Assembly: GCA_030057915.1 (NCBI GenBank)
Contig: JASGUC010000003.1
Span: 102,086-166,085 of the forward strand
Origin: Pseudomonadota bacterium
GTDB taxonomy: Bacteria; Desulfobacterota; Syntrophia; Syntrophales; UBA8958
Length of the DNA stretch: 64,000 bases
Direction: 5' to 3'
In this document: piece after piece, positions 1-9,241 of the stretch
Numbering within the stretch: the stretch's first letter is position 1
Layout: each line of letters starts with the position of its first letter
Position numbers and translations under genes: made by a program
Notes under the pieces: generated by a model
The model's input: only the letters and a program-made list of their open reading frames with translations
The model's database searches: none
Told to the model about the DNA's origin: nothing

Positions 1-84
1 GGATGAAGGATGGATGCGGAGATGGACCCGGATGGAAAGAATCGACCGGATGCCTTTGCGGATCGGAAAAAATGAGGTGACGTC

Positions 85-1698
85 ATGACCGGCATATTTA
101 AAAGATTGTGGTCGTCCGGCAAAAGCCGGGCCTTCGATCAGGCGATGGAGCTGTACAATGCCCGGCGTTATAGCGAGGCGGTGCGGATGTTCGAGGCGAT
201 ACTGGCGGAAAAGAAGTCGTCCTCCGACATCTATTACAACCTCGCCGCCGTCTATTGCAGCCAGTCCAATCACCATCTGGGATTCCGGGAGTTTCTCCAG
301 GGAAACTACACCCGGGCCTGCGATTTTTTTGAGAAGGCGATCGAACTCCAACCCGGCCAACTCGACCTATACCTGTTCATCGGCATCTGCCGGAACAATA
401 TGCGGGATTACGACGAAGCCGCCGATGCCTTTCAACTGCTGCTCTCCCTGGACCAGAACCGGACTTCGGTCCGGATCATGCAGGGGATTGTCCTGCACAA
501 TCTCGGGAGCTGGGAAAGGTCCGTGAACCATCATCGCGCCATCCTGCGGGACTATCCGGACTATCCGGATATCCATTATCGCCAGGGGCTGGCCCTGACG
601 GCCCTGGATCGACTCCATGAAGCCCGGGAATCCTTCCGCCGGGCGCTGGCGCTGAACCCCGCCTATCGGGGAGCGCTGCTCGAATCGGCGCTCATCGAGG
701 CCCACTTTGGACGCCATGACGAGGCGGATCGGCTCATCGCCCGGGTCGTTCCGCGGAACCCCGCTGATGCCTCCGTTCTTTACGCCCGAGGGTCCATTCT
801 CCTTGAGCGGGAAGATTGGGAGGGCGCGGCGGCCGTCTTCTCGGAGATCCTCACGCTGGCCCCCGGGGACATCAACGCCATGATCAACCTGGCCCTGATC
901 CACGTACACCGCGACGATCTCGAGGGAGCGGTGGAGATCTTCGACAAACTAAAGGGGATCATGCCGCAAGACCGGAGGTTCGACAAGGCCGGGATCGCCC
1001 TGAGGGCCGCCCGGCGGTCCCCGGCGGAACATCCCCGGCCGCTGGACGTCCTCCGTCCCTGGTTCCGCTCCGTGACGCTGCTGGACAACATGAAACGGGA
1101 AATATCCCGGCATGTGGACATCGCCCCCGATTTCGAGGACATCGTGAAGCTTATCTTCAGCCTGCCGGAGAGTGACTGTCACCTCTGCCGCCCCTTCCTC
1201 GAGTATGTGGAGGAATATATCGCGAAGAACCCCGAATACCCGGATCTGTACTACAGCCTCGGGCTGATCTATATTCGGCTGCAGCAGGATGCGGAGGGCG
1301 AAAAGGCCCTGCGGGCCGCCCTGCTCCTCAATCCCAACTACCATAAGGCCCGTCGGAGCCTCTTTTCGTTTCTCAAGGAGCGGGGAAGGCATGGCGCGGC
1401 CCTACTGGAAGGGGATATCCTTTTACGGCAGACGAAGCCGGGTCCTGATCTTTATGTCGATCTGGCGGAGGCGTGTCTTGGGAGCAACGAGCCGGATCGG
1501 GCCCATCAGTATGCCGAAGCGGCCTTGAAGCTGAAAAGGAATCATGCCCGGGCCTGGCTGGCGGACGCCCAGGCCCTGGAGAGGCTTGGCCGGCGGGAGG
1601 AAGCCGCCGCCGCCGTCCGGGCCTGCCTGGGGGCGGACCCCGATCCCGCCGTCAAGACGGCGGCCCTGACGCTGCGGGAAAAACTGGGAGAGAAGTAG
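85..1698 (+). CDS. TPR repeat-containing protein
   Basis: 537-aa ORF with many 34-aa TPR-like units (YYNLAAVY, AIELQP, ALALNPAY, ALLLNPNY, ALKLKRNHARAW). SD-like GAGGTGA precedes the ATG. Confidence 0.75.
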   Translation: MTGIFKRLWSSGKSRAFDQAMELYNARRYSEAVRMFEAILAEKKSSSDIYYNLAAVYCSQSNHHLGFREFLQGNYTRACDFFEKAIELQPGQLDLYLFIGICRNNMRDYDEAADAFQLLLSLDQNRTSVRIMQGIVLHNLGSWERSVNHHRAILRDYPDYPDIHYRQGLALTALDRLHEARESFRRALALNPAYRGALLESALIEAHFGRHDEADRLIARVVPRNPADASVLYARGSILLEREDWEGAAAVFSEILTLAPGDINAMINLALIHVHRDDLEGAVEIFDKLKGIMPQDRRFDKAGIALRAARRSPAEHPRPLDVLRPWFRSVTLLDNMKREISRHVDIAPDFEDIVKLIFSLPESDCHLCRPFLEYVEEYIAKNPEYPDLYYSLGLIYIRLQQDAEGEKALRAALLLNPNYHKARRSLFSFLKERGRHGAALLEGDILLRQTKPGPDLYVDLAEACLGSNEPDRAHQYAEAALKLKRNHARAWLADAQALERLGRREEAAAAVRACLGADPDPAVKTAALTLREKLGEK

Positions 1699-1740
1699 GC
1701 GGTGAATTGCCCGAGGGGGAGCTTCCCGGGGGCGTGGATT

Positions 1741-2076
1741 TCAAAGCGCGCTCCGGTTGTCGCCCGGCCCGGGCCAGGGCGTGCCGCCGGCGATGGCCCG
1801 GGCTTCCTCCTCGGTCCGTTCGCGGACGTCGTTGCGCCAGGGGTTGTTGAAGGAGCGGCAGCCGCCGCCGGATTGCAGTTCGTGACGGTAGAAATCCGCC
1901 AGGGGATGACTCGGGCTCATGAGACGGCAAACGTACCGGGCGCCTGTCCATTCCAGCTCCGGACAGTTCCGATTTCCCGCTTCGGGGTGCAGCACGGCGC
2001 CGAAGGCGCAGGTGTTGCGAATGCAGCAGTAGCCGCAGCCGACACAGGGATATTTTTTCTCCGGTTCTCTGATCAT
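1741..2076 (-). CDS. small Cys-rich protein, YkgJ-like CxxCxxCC Zn/Fe-chelating domain (putative)
   Basis: 111-aa ORF with CVGCGYCC near the N-terminus and further Cys (NCPELE, YVCRL, GGGCRSF). The motif recalls the UPF0153/YkgJ family. The SD is weak. Confidence 0.5.
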   Translation of the reverse strand: MIREPEKKYPCVGCGYCCIRNTCAFGAVLHPEAGNRNCPELEWTGARYVCRLMSPSHPLADFYRHELQSGGGCRSFNNPWRNDVRERTEEEARAIAGGTPWPGPGDNRSAL

Positions 2077-2209
2077 GGCCTTGACCCTGGGGATTTCCCG
2101 TCTTTTCGTTGTCGCTGGGATTGCCGCGACGATCCCTTTGCGTTATAAGCGCTATAGATGAAGAGCGGCGGGGACGTCAAGGGCTATCGGGACATTGAAA
2201 TAAATTGCC

Positions 2210-3046
2210 ATGTTTCTAAAAACCTTACGGGCGAAACTTCGCGGCGCCGCCGGCGACCTGGCCAGGGAATCCGGCGACTATTGGTCCATGAGCGACGTTG
2301 ACGAGCGGGTCCGCGATCGATCCCACTGGTTCGGCGAGGGCCGCTGGCGCCGGGAGCGTTGGCTGGCCTACGGCGATTTCTTTTTCGATCTGGCCCGCCG
2401 GCGCATCCAGGAGGCGGCGGGGCGGGACTGGCTTGCGGATGGGGGGGACAAGACCGCGCTGGAATGGGGCTGTGGCGGCGGAGCGGTGGCCCGGGTCCTG
2501 GGGGAGCGCTTTGGTTTTGTTTACGGCCTGGACATCTCGGCTGCCACCCTCCGGGAGTGCGAAAAGAGGATGGGGGAGTTCTCCGGGCGCGGGGGCGGCG
2601 GGGCTTTCCGGGCGACCGGCGCGGGCCGGGCGGGGAATTTCCTGCCGGTCCTCTTTCCGGCAGCGGCGCCGGAAGAGGTCCTGCGGATCATCCCCTCGGA
2701 TTCCATAGATTTTATGGTTTCCATCGGCGTCTTCAAGCACTTTCCCTCCCAGGACTACACGGGACGGGTCTTGCGGGTCATGGCCCGACTCCTCAAGGAG
2801 GGAGGGTTTCTCTTCGTCCAGATCCGTTACTTCGACGGGGAGGAGAAATACCGCCCCAAGGACCGGGATTATGCCCGGAACGTCATCACGATGACCTCCT
2901 TCACCGCTCCGGAGTTCGCCGCCCGGATCGAGGACGCGGGTCTGCTCCTCCGGCGCCGGGAGCAGGACGGCGACGGGGAGGATGAGCGTCATGCCTATTA
3001 TCTTCTCTCCAAACCGACGACCTTGGCGGGGGACGTCGGCGCTTGA
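2210..3046 (+). CDS. class I SAM-dependent methyltransferase
   Basis: 278 aa. Motif I LEWGCGGGAVARVL, then an acidic residue in YGLDIS, and the post-I region FMVSIGVFKHF. Confidence 0.75.
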   Translation: MFLKTLRAKLRGAAGDLARESGDYWSMSDVDERVRDRSHWFGEGRWRRERWLAYGDFFFDLARRRIQEAAGRDWLADGGDKTALEWGCGGGAVARVLGERFGFVYGLDISAATLRECEKRMGEFSGRGGGGAFRATGAGRAGNFLPVLFPAAAPEEVLRIIPSDSIDFMVSIGVFKHFPSQDYTGRVLRVMARLLKEGGFLFVQIRYFDGEEKYRPKDRDYARNVITMTSFTAPEFAARIEDAGLLLRRREQDGDGEDERHAYYLLSKPTTLAGDVGA

Positions 3047-3131
3047 TGCCGCGCCCCTCATGGCGGCCTGGCCGAAGACGGGTGAAGGGAGGCCCTCGAT
3101 GCGCGAAGGGGGCGGCCGGGGATATGGGGAC

Positions 3132-3264
3132 GAGTCCTTTGCAAAACCCCGTTTTTGTCCTCCCCGTGGTCCCTCCCGGGAAGGTGGGAATCCAGTGTCT
3201 TCAAGGATTTTCCGGCTGCCGGGTCAAGCCCGGCGGGGCGGGGCGGCGGTTTTTCAAGGGTCTC
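3132..3264. repeat. MITE-like element, subfamily A (GAGTCCTTTGCAAAA...TTTTCAAGGGTCTC)
   Basis: 133 bp with terminal inverted repeats. The core aligns by eye to copies at 18344-18473 and 23948-24082. GGAC flanks both ends. Confidence 0.7.
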
Positions 3265-3358
3265 GGACGAAGCAAGGACCGGCGCCGAGAGGGGCGGTCG
3301 GTCATGCCGCGACGGAGAAATGCGGCGGCCACATTACGGGACCAGGCGCGGCGGGGCC

Positions 3359-4102
3359 ATGCTGATCCGGCTGCCCACCGGTTCCGTGGAATTGACGGTC
3401 CCCCGGGCCGTCCATGCGCCGTCGCCTTCCAGCGTTGCGCTGGCCCGCCTGATCGATGTCCGGCCCGGCGAGACGGTTCTCGATCTTGGCTGCGGCGCCG
3501 GGATCCTGGCCATTGCGGCGGCCAGGCTCGGCGCCCGGCGGGTGGTGGCGGTGGATGTGGATCCCGAGGCCCTGAGGGCGACGCGGGAAAACGCCCGGCG
3601 CCACGGCGTGACGGACCGTGTCGTCACGCGGGAGGGATCCTGGCTGGAGGCGGCGGCGGGGGAAGGGCCCTTCGCGGTGATCATGGCCACCCCGCCCCAG
3701 ACCCCCGGGCCGCGTCCCTTCGGCCCCCGTTACGGGGGCTGGGACGGGGCGGATCATCTGGTCCACATCGCCGGGGCGGCCCGGGATCATCTGGAGCGCC
3801 GCCGGGGACGGCTCTGGATGCTGGCCCTCAGCCTCGCCAATCCGGAACGGCTGCGGCGGGCTCTGGAGGAGAACTACCGCGATATCCGGATCGTTCACAA
3901 GACGGATCGGGAGTTCTCCGCCGCGGAATACGATTCCCGGCTGCCGGGGCTGATGGACCATCTCCAGGCCCTCCGGGAGGCGGGAATGGCGATCTTCCAC
4001 CCAACGGAGGGCGGGGGATGGGTCTTTCAGAATCTCTTTTACCGGGCGGCCCGACCCCGGGGGGCGTCCGCCCGCCCGCGGGCATGGGCGGCGGTGGGAT
4101 GA
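3359..4102 (+). CDS. SAM-dependent methyltransferase (PrmA/HemK-like small-domain type)
   Basis: Motif [33 protein letters not shown] and TPPQ in place of the NPPY-type motif. Start moved to the ATG at 3359, because the upstream part of ORF 3155..4102 is the repeat element. Confidence 0.7.
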   Translation: MLIRLPTGSVELTVPRAVHAPSPSSVALARLIDVRPGETVLDLGCGAGILAIAAARLGARRVVAVDVDPEALRATRENARRHGVTDRVVTREGSWLEAAAGEGPFAVIMATPPQTPGPRPFGPRYGGWDGADHLVHIAGAARDHLERRRGRLWMLALSLANPERLRRALEENYRDIRIVHKTDREFSAAEYDSRLPGLMDHLQALREAGMAIFHPTEGGGWVFQNLFYRAARPRGASARPRAWAAVG

Positions 4103-4156
4103 ATGGAATCCGGGCGCGGCGGGATTGTCCGGTCCAGGGGGGGATTGTCTTTTCAA

Positions 4157-5206
4157 ATGAGGCGAATTATTGTCAATGCGGACGATTTCGGCGCCGACCG
4201 GCATCGCGACGCCGGCATCGCCGCCGCGGTGGCGGCGGGGGCGGTGACCTCCGTCAGCGTCCTGGCCAACGGGCCGAGCCTGGACGACGGCCTGCCCCTC
4301 CTGCGCTACTGGCAGCGCCGGGGAATCTCCGTGGGCCTCCATTTCAACCTGTCGGAGGGGCGGCCCCTGAAAGGGGGAACGGCGCTCCTGACGGGCGTGG
4401 ACGGAGGCTTCCGCGGCAAGACGGAAACGCATGACCTCTTGCGGGAAACTGGCGTCATGGCGATGACGGCGGAGATCGAAGACGAACTCGCCGCCCAACT
4501 CGCCCATCTAAAGGAGCGGGGACTGCGGATCGACCATCTCGACGGCCACCAGCATATCCACATCTTTCCGGCGGCAGTGGCGGTCGTGGCCCGGGCGGCG
4601 GCGCGGCACGCCATCCCCCGGATTCGCGTCCCCGCCGAAGAGCTGATCGGGGAAGGAGACGGAGGATCTTACGGGCCGGCGGACGACGGCGCCTCCGGCC
4701 TCCGTAACGGCGACAACGGCCCGAAACGGCAGGCCGCGGCGGGTCCTCATGTTTCGGAGCGCCGTGGCGACAACGGACGGAGGGAGCGAAAGCCGATGGA
4801 AGTCGGCGCCTTCGGGCCGCCATCAGGACGGATAACCGGCGGCATTGAAAGCCCCGCCCCCGTTTTGCTCCGGGAAGCCGCCATGTTCTCCCGCCTGGCG
4901 GAGGCGGCGCGGCCCCTCCTGACGGCGGCGGGGACGGGGGCGACGGATCATTTCCGTGGACTCGCCCTTAAGGGCCGGCTTTCTCTTCCCCTCCTCGCGG
5001 AGACGTTGAGAAATCTCCCTCCGGGGGTGACGGAGTTCATGGTTCATCCGGGATACGCCCCCGCTCCGCCCGTTCCGGGGCCGTTTGCCGCCTTCGCCAC
5101 GGCGGACCGGGAGCGGGAACTGGCGGTCTTGCTCGCTTTTGAGTTCCGCGCCCTGTTGCGGCAATATCGGATAGAGCTGATTTCCCGTCTGGAGGCAAAC
5201 CCGTGA
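4157..5206 (+). CDS. YdjC/ChbG-family carbohydrate deacetylase-like protein with internal low-complexity insert
   Basis: N-terminus MRRIIVNADDFG and HLDGHQHIH are hallmark YdjC motifs. Start chosen at the ATG at 4157. A Gly/Arg/Asp-rich segment of about 70 aa lies between IRVPAEELI and VLLREAAMF. Confidence 0.75.
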   Translation: MRRIIVNADDFGADRHRDAGIAAAVAAGAVTSVSVLANGPSLDDGLPLLRYWQRRGISVGLHFNLSEGRPLKGGTALLTGVDGGFRGKTETHDLLRETGVMAMTAEIEDELAAQLAHLKERGLRIDHLDGHQHIHIFPAAVAVVARAAARHAIPRIRVPAEELIGEGDGGSYGPADDGASGLRNGDNGPKRQAAAGPHVSERRGDNGRRERKPMEVGAFGPPSGRITGGIESPAPVLLREAAMFSRLAEAARPLLTAAGTGATDHFRGLALKGRLSLPLLAETLRNLPPGVTEFMVHPGYAPAPPVPGPFAAFATADRERELAVLLAFEFRALLRQYRIELISRLEANP

Positions 5207-6303
5207 AGCCTCCCCGGGTCCTCATGCTGACCCCCAGCGCCCTGCCGGCGATCACCGGCAATGCCATGACGGTGGAGAGGTGGCGCCGGGGTCTGACGGC
5301 CAGAGGCGGCGAGGTCCTGGTCCTGGAGACCCGGGCGCCCGACCTTCCGGCGCTGACGGCCGCCGTAGCCGCCTTCCGTCCCGAGGTCGTCCATGCACAT
5401 CACCTCTTCCTGTCGGGAGGCCTCCTTCTGAAGCCGCCCCTGGCCGACCTCCTTGCCGGCGTGCCGGCGGTGGCGACGCCCGCCGGGACGGACCTCAACC
5501 AGGAGGATCTCTCGGGGTGGGAGAAGCGGGAATGGCTGGGGCGGATCTGCGGGCGCATCGGGGAAATGGTGATTCAGAATCGGTACTTCGATCGGCTGGT
5601 CGCGGCGTTTCCGCCGGAGAACGGCTTTCGCGTTTCCTATGTCCCCAAGTCCTTTTGCTGGCAGGGAGACGCGCCCTGCCGGCTCCGGGAACGGACGGGG
5701 CTCGGCGGGGATGCGTTCGTCTTCTTCCTGCCGGCGGGAATCAGGCCCGTGAAGGGAAACCTGGCCGGGCTCCAGGCCCTGGCGGAGGTGCGCCGTCTCC
5801 GTCCTCATGTCCGGGCGGTCTTTGCCGGGCCGGTCCTGGATCACGGATACGGCGGGCTATTTGCCCGGGAAATCGAGAGGATGTCCTCCTTCGCCCGGTG
5901 GCTGCCCGCCATCGACCCCAGGGAGATGGCGGCGGCGTACGGCGAGGTCGATGTGGTCCTCAATGCCTCGATCTCGGAGGGTCTGGCCAATGTCCTGCTC
6001 GAGGCGATGGCGGCGGGAAAACCGATCCTGGCGGCGGATATCGAGGGCAACCGCTGGCCGGTCCGGGGCGACGGGGGGGAAAGGCCCTGCGGGCTCCTCT
6101 ACGATCCCCGGCACAGCGACGATTTCATCGCCAAGGCCCTCCGCCTGACGGACGACGGGGACTTGCGGGCGGATCTGATCCAGGCGGCCCGTGACCGTGC
6201 CGCGGCCCTTCCCGCTCCGGAGGAGGAGATCGACGGTTTGCTGGCGGCCTATGACCGCGTCCGGGAAGGATGGCGATCGCGCAAGGAGGAGGGCCGCGGA
6301 TAA
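5203..6303 (+). CDS. glycosyltransferase family 1 (GT4-type)
   Basis: 366 aa. C-terminal GT-B motif SISEGLANVLLEAMAAGKPILAADIEGN. The GTG start overlaps the stop of the upstream gene (translational coupling). Confidence 0.8.
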   Translation: MKPPRVLMLTPSALPAITGNAMTVERWRRGLTARGGEVLVLETRAPDLPALTAAVAAFRPEVVHAHHLFLSGGLLLKPPLADLLAGVPAVATPAGTDLNQEDLSGWEKREWLGRICGRIGEMVIQNRYFDRLVAAFPPENGFRVSYVPKSFCWQGDAPCRLRERTGLGGDAFVFFLPAGIRPVKGNLAGLQALAEVRRLRPHVRAVFAGPVLDHGYGGLFAREIERMSSFARWLPAIDPREMAAAYGEVDVVLNASISEGLANVLLEAMAAGKPILAADIEGNRWPVRGDGGERPCGLLYDPRHSDDFIAKALRLTDDGDLRADLIQAARDRAAALPAPEEEIDGLLAAYDRVREGWRSRKEEGRG

Positions 6304-6477
6304 AACCGGGGGAAAATGGTTCGCAAGCGACGAAGGGGATGTTTTTTGTCCCTTCGCCAGGGCGATTGAAGCCTCGCATTGAATGGTCATGTCTGTCCGG
6401 CGCCCAGGGACGATGATGATGGTTGGGGAGGCCCGGCGGCGGCATTTTCATGCCGGGGTCTAAAGGAGACGAAGAGA

Positions 6478-7560
6478 ATGAAGGTGGAAGGGCGAAGGGA
6501 GGGCCGCGGACTAAGCCGGCGGCTGGGTTTCACCGTCGCGGCGGCGGCGCTGTTGTGGCTCTGTACGTTCCTGGGGGCCTTTCCCGCCGGGGCGGCGGAG
6601 GTTAGGAATGTGGAGATCAAGAAGGCGGGCCACCGGCTGCTCTTTACCTACGACCTGGAGGGGGAGGAGCGGGAAGAGCTGGTATCCGTTTTCGTCACCG
6701 TGGGGGATCGGACCTATCCGGCCAAGCAACTCCATCTGGAAGGGGACCTCGGGCGGGTTCGTCCGGGGAAGAACCGCCGCATTGCCTGGAATGTCCTCGT
6801 CGATTTTCCCCAGGGGGTGTATCAGCCCGTGAGCGTGGAGATTTATTCCGGTCTGCCCAGGATCGTCAATTCCATCGGGATGACCCTGGTCCTCGTGCCG
6901 GCCGGGACGGCGACCACGGGCTCGCCGACGGACGAACAGGGGCGCCTTACCGACGAGATGCGGCAACGGACCCGCCTCCACCGTCCCTTCTATCTCCAGA
7001 CCACCGAGGTGACCCAGGGGCAGTGGCGCCGGGTGATGGGGAACGAGTCGGCCCATTTTCGTTCCTGCGGCGATGCCTGCCCCGCCGACCAGGTGTCCTG
7101 GACCGACGCCCAGGAGTTCATCCGGCGGCTCAATGCCCTGGAGGGGACGGAAAACTACCGCCTGCCCACGGAGACGGAATGGGAGTATGCCGCCCGGGCC
7201 GGCACCACCACCGCCTATTACTGGGGAAGGTCACCCGACTGTTCCCGGGCTAATTACGGCAACAGCCTCTGGGCCTCGGACTGTCTGGGGGTCAATCCGG
7301 GAAAGACGAAGCCGGTGTGCAGCTACCGGCCCAACGCCTGGGGACTTTACGACATGACGGGCAACGTTTGGGAATGGGTGGAAAGCGACGAGGCGGCCCG
7401 GGAAGGGCTCTTTCACATCCAGCGCGGCGGGGCCTGGGACAGCGACGCCAATGCCTGTCGGGTCGCCTTCCGGGCCAAGGGCCTTCCCGAGGCCCGGCGC
7501 GGGCATATGAAGCTTGCCCCCGGCAACATCGGGTTTCGGGTTGCCCGGACCGTGGAATAA
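6478..7560 (+). CDS. secreted formylglycine-generating-enzyme (SUMF1/FGE-sulfatase) domain protein
   Basis: Signal-peptide-like N-terminus (LLWLCTFLGAFPAGAAE), then a beta-rich domain of about 100 aa. FGE motifs follow: MTLVLVPAG, TEWEYAARAGT, NAWGLYDMTGNVWEWV, RGGAWDS. SD AAGGAGA precedes the ATG at 6478. Confidence 0.8.
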   Translation: MKVEGRREGRGLSRRLGFTVAAAALLWLCTFLGAFPAGAAEVRNVEIKKAGHRLLFTYDLEGEEREELVSVFVTVGDRTYPAKQLHLEGDLGRVRPGKNRRIAWNVLVDFPQGVYQPVSVEIYSGLPRIVNSIGMTLVLVPAGTATTGSPTDEQGRLTDEMRQRTRLHRPFYLQTTEVTQGQWRRVMGNESAHFRSCGDACPADQVSWTDAQEFIRRLNALEGTENYRLPTETEWEYAARAGTTTAYYWGRSPDCSRANYGNSLWASDCLGVNPGKTKPVCSYRPNAWGLYDMTGNVWEWVESDEAAREGLFHIQRGGAWDSDANACRVAFRAKGLPEARRGHMKLAPGNIGFRVARTVE

Positions 7561-7569
7561 AGAAATAGC

Positions 7570-7599
7570 TTGACAGCCAATATTTGGTATGCCAAATAT
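7570..7599 (+). promoter_or_regulatory. candidate sigma70 promoter overlapped by a perfect 8-bp inverted repeat (putative MarR operator)
   Basis: TTGACA (7570-7575), 18 nt, AAATAT (7594-7599). ATATTTGG-tatg-CCAAATAT at 7580-7599 is a perfect inverted repeat about 30 nt upstream of the MarR start. Confidence 0.4.
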
Positions 7600-7630
7600 C
7601 CGTCAACCAACATTATGGGGGGCGGAGACC

Positions 7631-8068
7631 ATGACCGACGATCGGATCATCTTTCTCATCTTCAGCGCCCAGAACAAGCTCCGGACCTACCTGGGCAACG
7701 CCTTGGCGGCGGCGGGGGTCCGGGTGTCCTATCCCCAGGCGGGGATCATCTTTCTCCTCAAACAGGGCGAACGGACCATGTCCGATTTGAGCCGCCTCCT
7801 CGGGGTGGATAATTCCACCCTCACGGGGCTGGTGGACCGTCTGGAAAAGGCGGGCTTCGTCGTCCGGCGGACGAGCGCCGCGGATCGGAGGTCCCTGTCC
7901 ATCCAGGTCACGCCGGAGGGGATTGTCGAGGGGGAGAAGGCCAAGGCGATCATCCGGGACGTCAACGCCCTGGTGAAGGCGGGTTTTTCGCCGGAGGAGC
8001 TGGAGGTCTTCAAGGGCGTCCTGCGGTCGTTTTTCGACAAGTTCGACAAACCTGGAGGCAGGATATGA
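7631..8068 (+). CDS. MarR-family transcriptional regulator
   Basis: About 145 aa. Winged-HTH region MSDLSRLLGVDNSTLTGLVDRLEKAGFVVRRTSAADRRSLSIQVTPEG is typical of MarR. ATG at 7631 with a G-rich SD. Confidence 0.8.
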   Translation: MTDDRIIFLIFSAQNKLRTYLGNALAAAGVRVSYPQAGIIFLLKQGERTMSDLSRLLGVDNSTLTGLVDRLEKAGFVVRRTSAADRRSLSIQVTPEGIVEGEKAKAIIRDVNALVKAGFSPEELEVFKGVLRSFFDKFDKPGGRI

Positions 8069-9207
8069 GCCTGTTTGCCCCTCGTCACCGGGAATCGATC
8101 GCCGCCGCGGAACGATTCGCCCGGGAGCGTCTCGCCCCCTGGGCGGCGGGCCGGCCGGACTCCCTGCCCCCGGAACTCTGGCGGGCGGCGGGGGAGGCGG
8201 GTCTCCTCGGGATTGCCGTTCCTCGGGAATATGGCGGCCGGGGTCTCGATTACCTGGCTGTGACCGCCGTCGCCGCGGTCCTGACGGGCGCCGGCCACAA
8301 CCCCGGCTTCTGCCTGTCCTGGATTATCCACAACGTCGTGACCCGCCTGGCCTTCTGGGAGTTGGCCCGGGAGGACCAGCACGCTCGGTTTCTCCCCGAT
8401 CTGGCGGTGGGACGGAGTTCCGCCTCCATCTCCATCTCCGAGGCGGGGGTGGGGGCCCATCCCAAGCACCTCCAGACCCGAGCGGTCCGGCGGGGCGACG
8501 AATTCGTGATCCAGGGAGAGAAATCGTTCCTCACCAACGGGCCGTTCGCGGACCTGTACGTGGCGCTGGCCATCACCGGCTTCCGGGGGGAGCGGAAGGA
8601 ATTCAGCGCCCTGATCGTTCCCCGGGGGACGCCGGGGGCCGCCCTGACGCCACCTTTGGAGCTGGACTGCTTCCGCCCTTCCCCCCATTGCGGGCTCCGC
8701 CTGAGGGACTGCTCCGTTCCGGCGGCCAATCTGCTCGGTCCCGAAGGCGAGGCCTATGGCGCCCTGGCCATGGCCTTCCGGGAACGCGAGGACATCGTTC
8801 TGGCCGGCCTGGCGCTGGGGGGGATGGACCGGCAGTTGGGTCTGGTGATCGAGGCCCTCCGCGCCGCCGGCGGGACGGCGGGGAAGGAGACGGAGGGCCG
8901 CCTCGGCCGACTCCGTTATCTCCGGGACGCCCTGCGCCTCCTGGCCTTCACGGCGGCGAGCAGTCTCGACGCCGCCGGCGATCCGGAGGAGCGTCTGTCC
9001 CTCGTCCTCTCCTTCCGGGACCTGGCCCGGGCGTTTCAGGAGGAACTGGTGGCCCTCGTCCCTCCCTCCCTCGCGGAGAACGGTGAGGAATACCACCTCC
9101 TGACGGGGGATGTGTCCCGGACGATCGGCTTGGCCGGAAATGTCCTGGCGTTGCGACGGCGGAAACACGGGGCAGCCCTCCTGGCGTCCCGGGAAGACGC
9201 CTTTTAG
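8065..9207 (+). CDS. acyl-CoA dehydrogenase-family protein, divergent C-terminus
   Basis: ACAD motifs GLLGIAVPREYGGRGL and SISEAGVGAHPKHLQTRAVRRGDEFVIQGEKSFLTNGPFADLYV. The start overlaps the marR stop (ATGA). The C-terminal IYEGT motif seen in the paralog at 39828..40967 is absent. Confidence 0.75.
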   Translation: MSLFAPRHRESIAAAERFARERLAPWAAGRPDSLPPELWRAAGEAGLLGIAVPREYGGRGLDYLAVTAVAAVLTGAGHNPGFCLSWIIHNVVTRLAFWELAREDQHARFLPDLAVGRSSASISISEAGVGAHPKHLQTRAVRRGDEFVIQGEKSFLTNGPFADLYVALAITGFRGERKEFSALIVPRGTPGAALTPPLELDCFRPSPHCGLRLRDCSVPAANLLGPEGEAYGALAMAFREREDIVLAGLALGGMDRQLGLVIEALRAAGGTAGKETEGRLGRLRYLRDALRLLAFTAASSLDAAGDPEERLSLVLSFRDLARAFQEELVALVPPSLAENGEEYHLLTGDVSRTIGLAGNVLALRRRKHGAALLASREDAF

Positions 9208-9241
9208 GGGGCGGGAGCACCGCCTCGGATATGGCAATGAC

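Noticed and set aside
3043-4434. 463-aa Arg/Gly/Pro-rich ORF (and the antisense 3302..4507 ORF)
   Set aside because: It is off-frame or antisense to the methyltransferase and YdjC genes, which carry clear motifs. It also begins inside a MITE copy.
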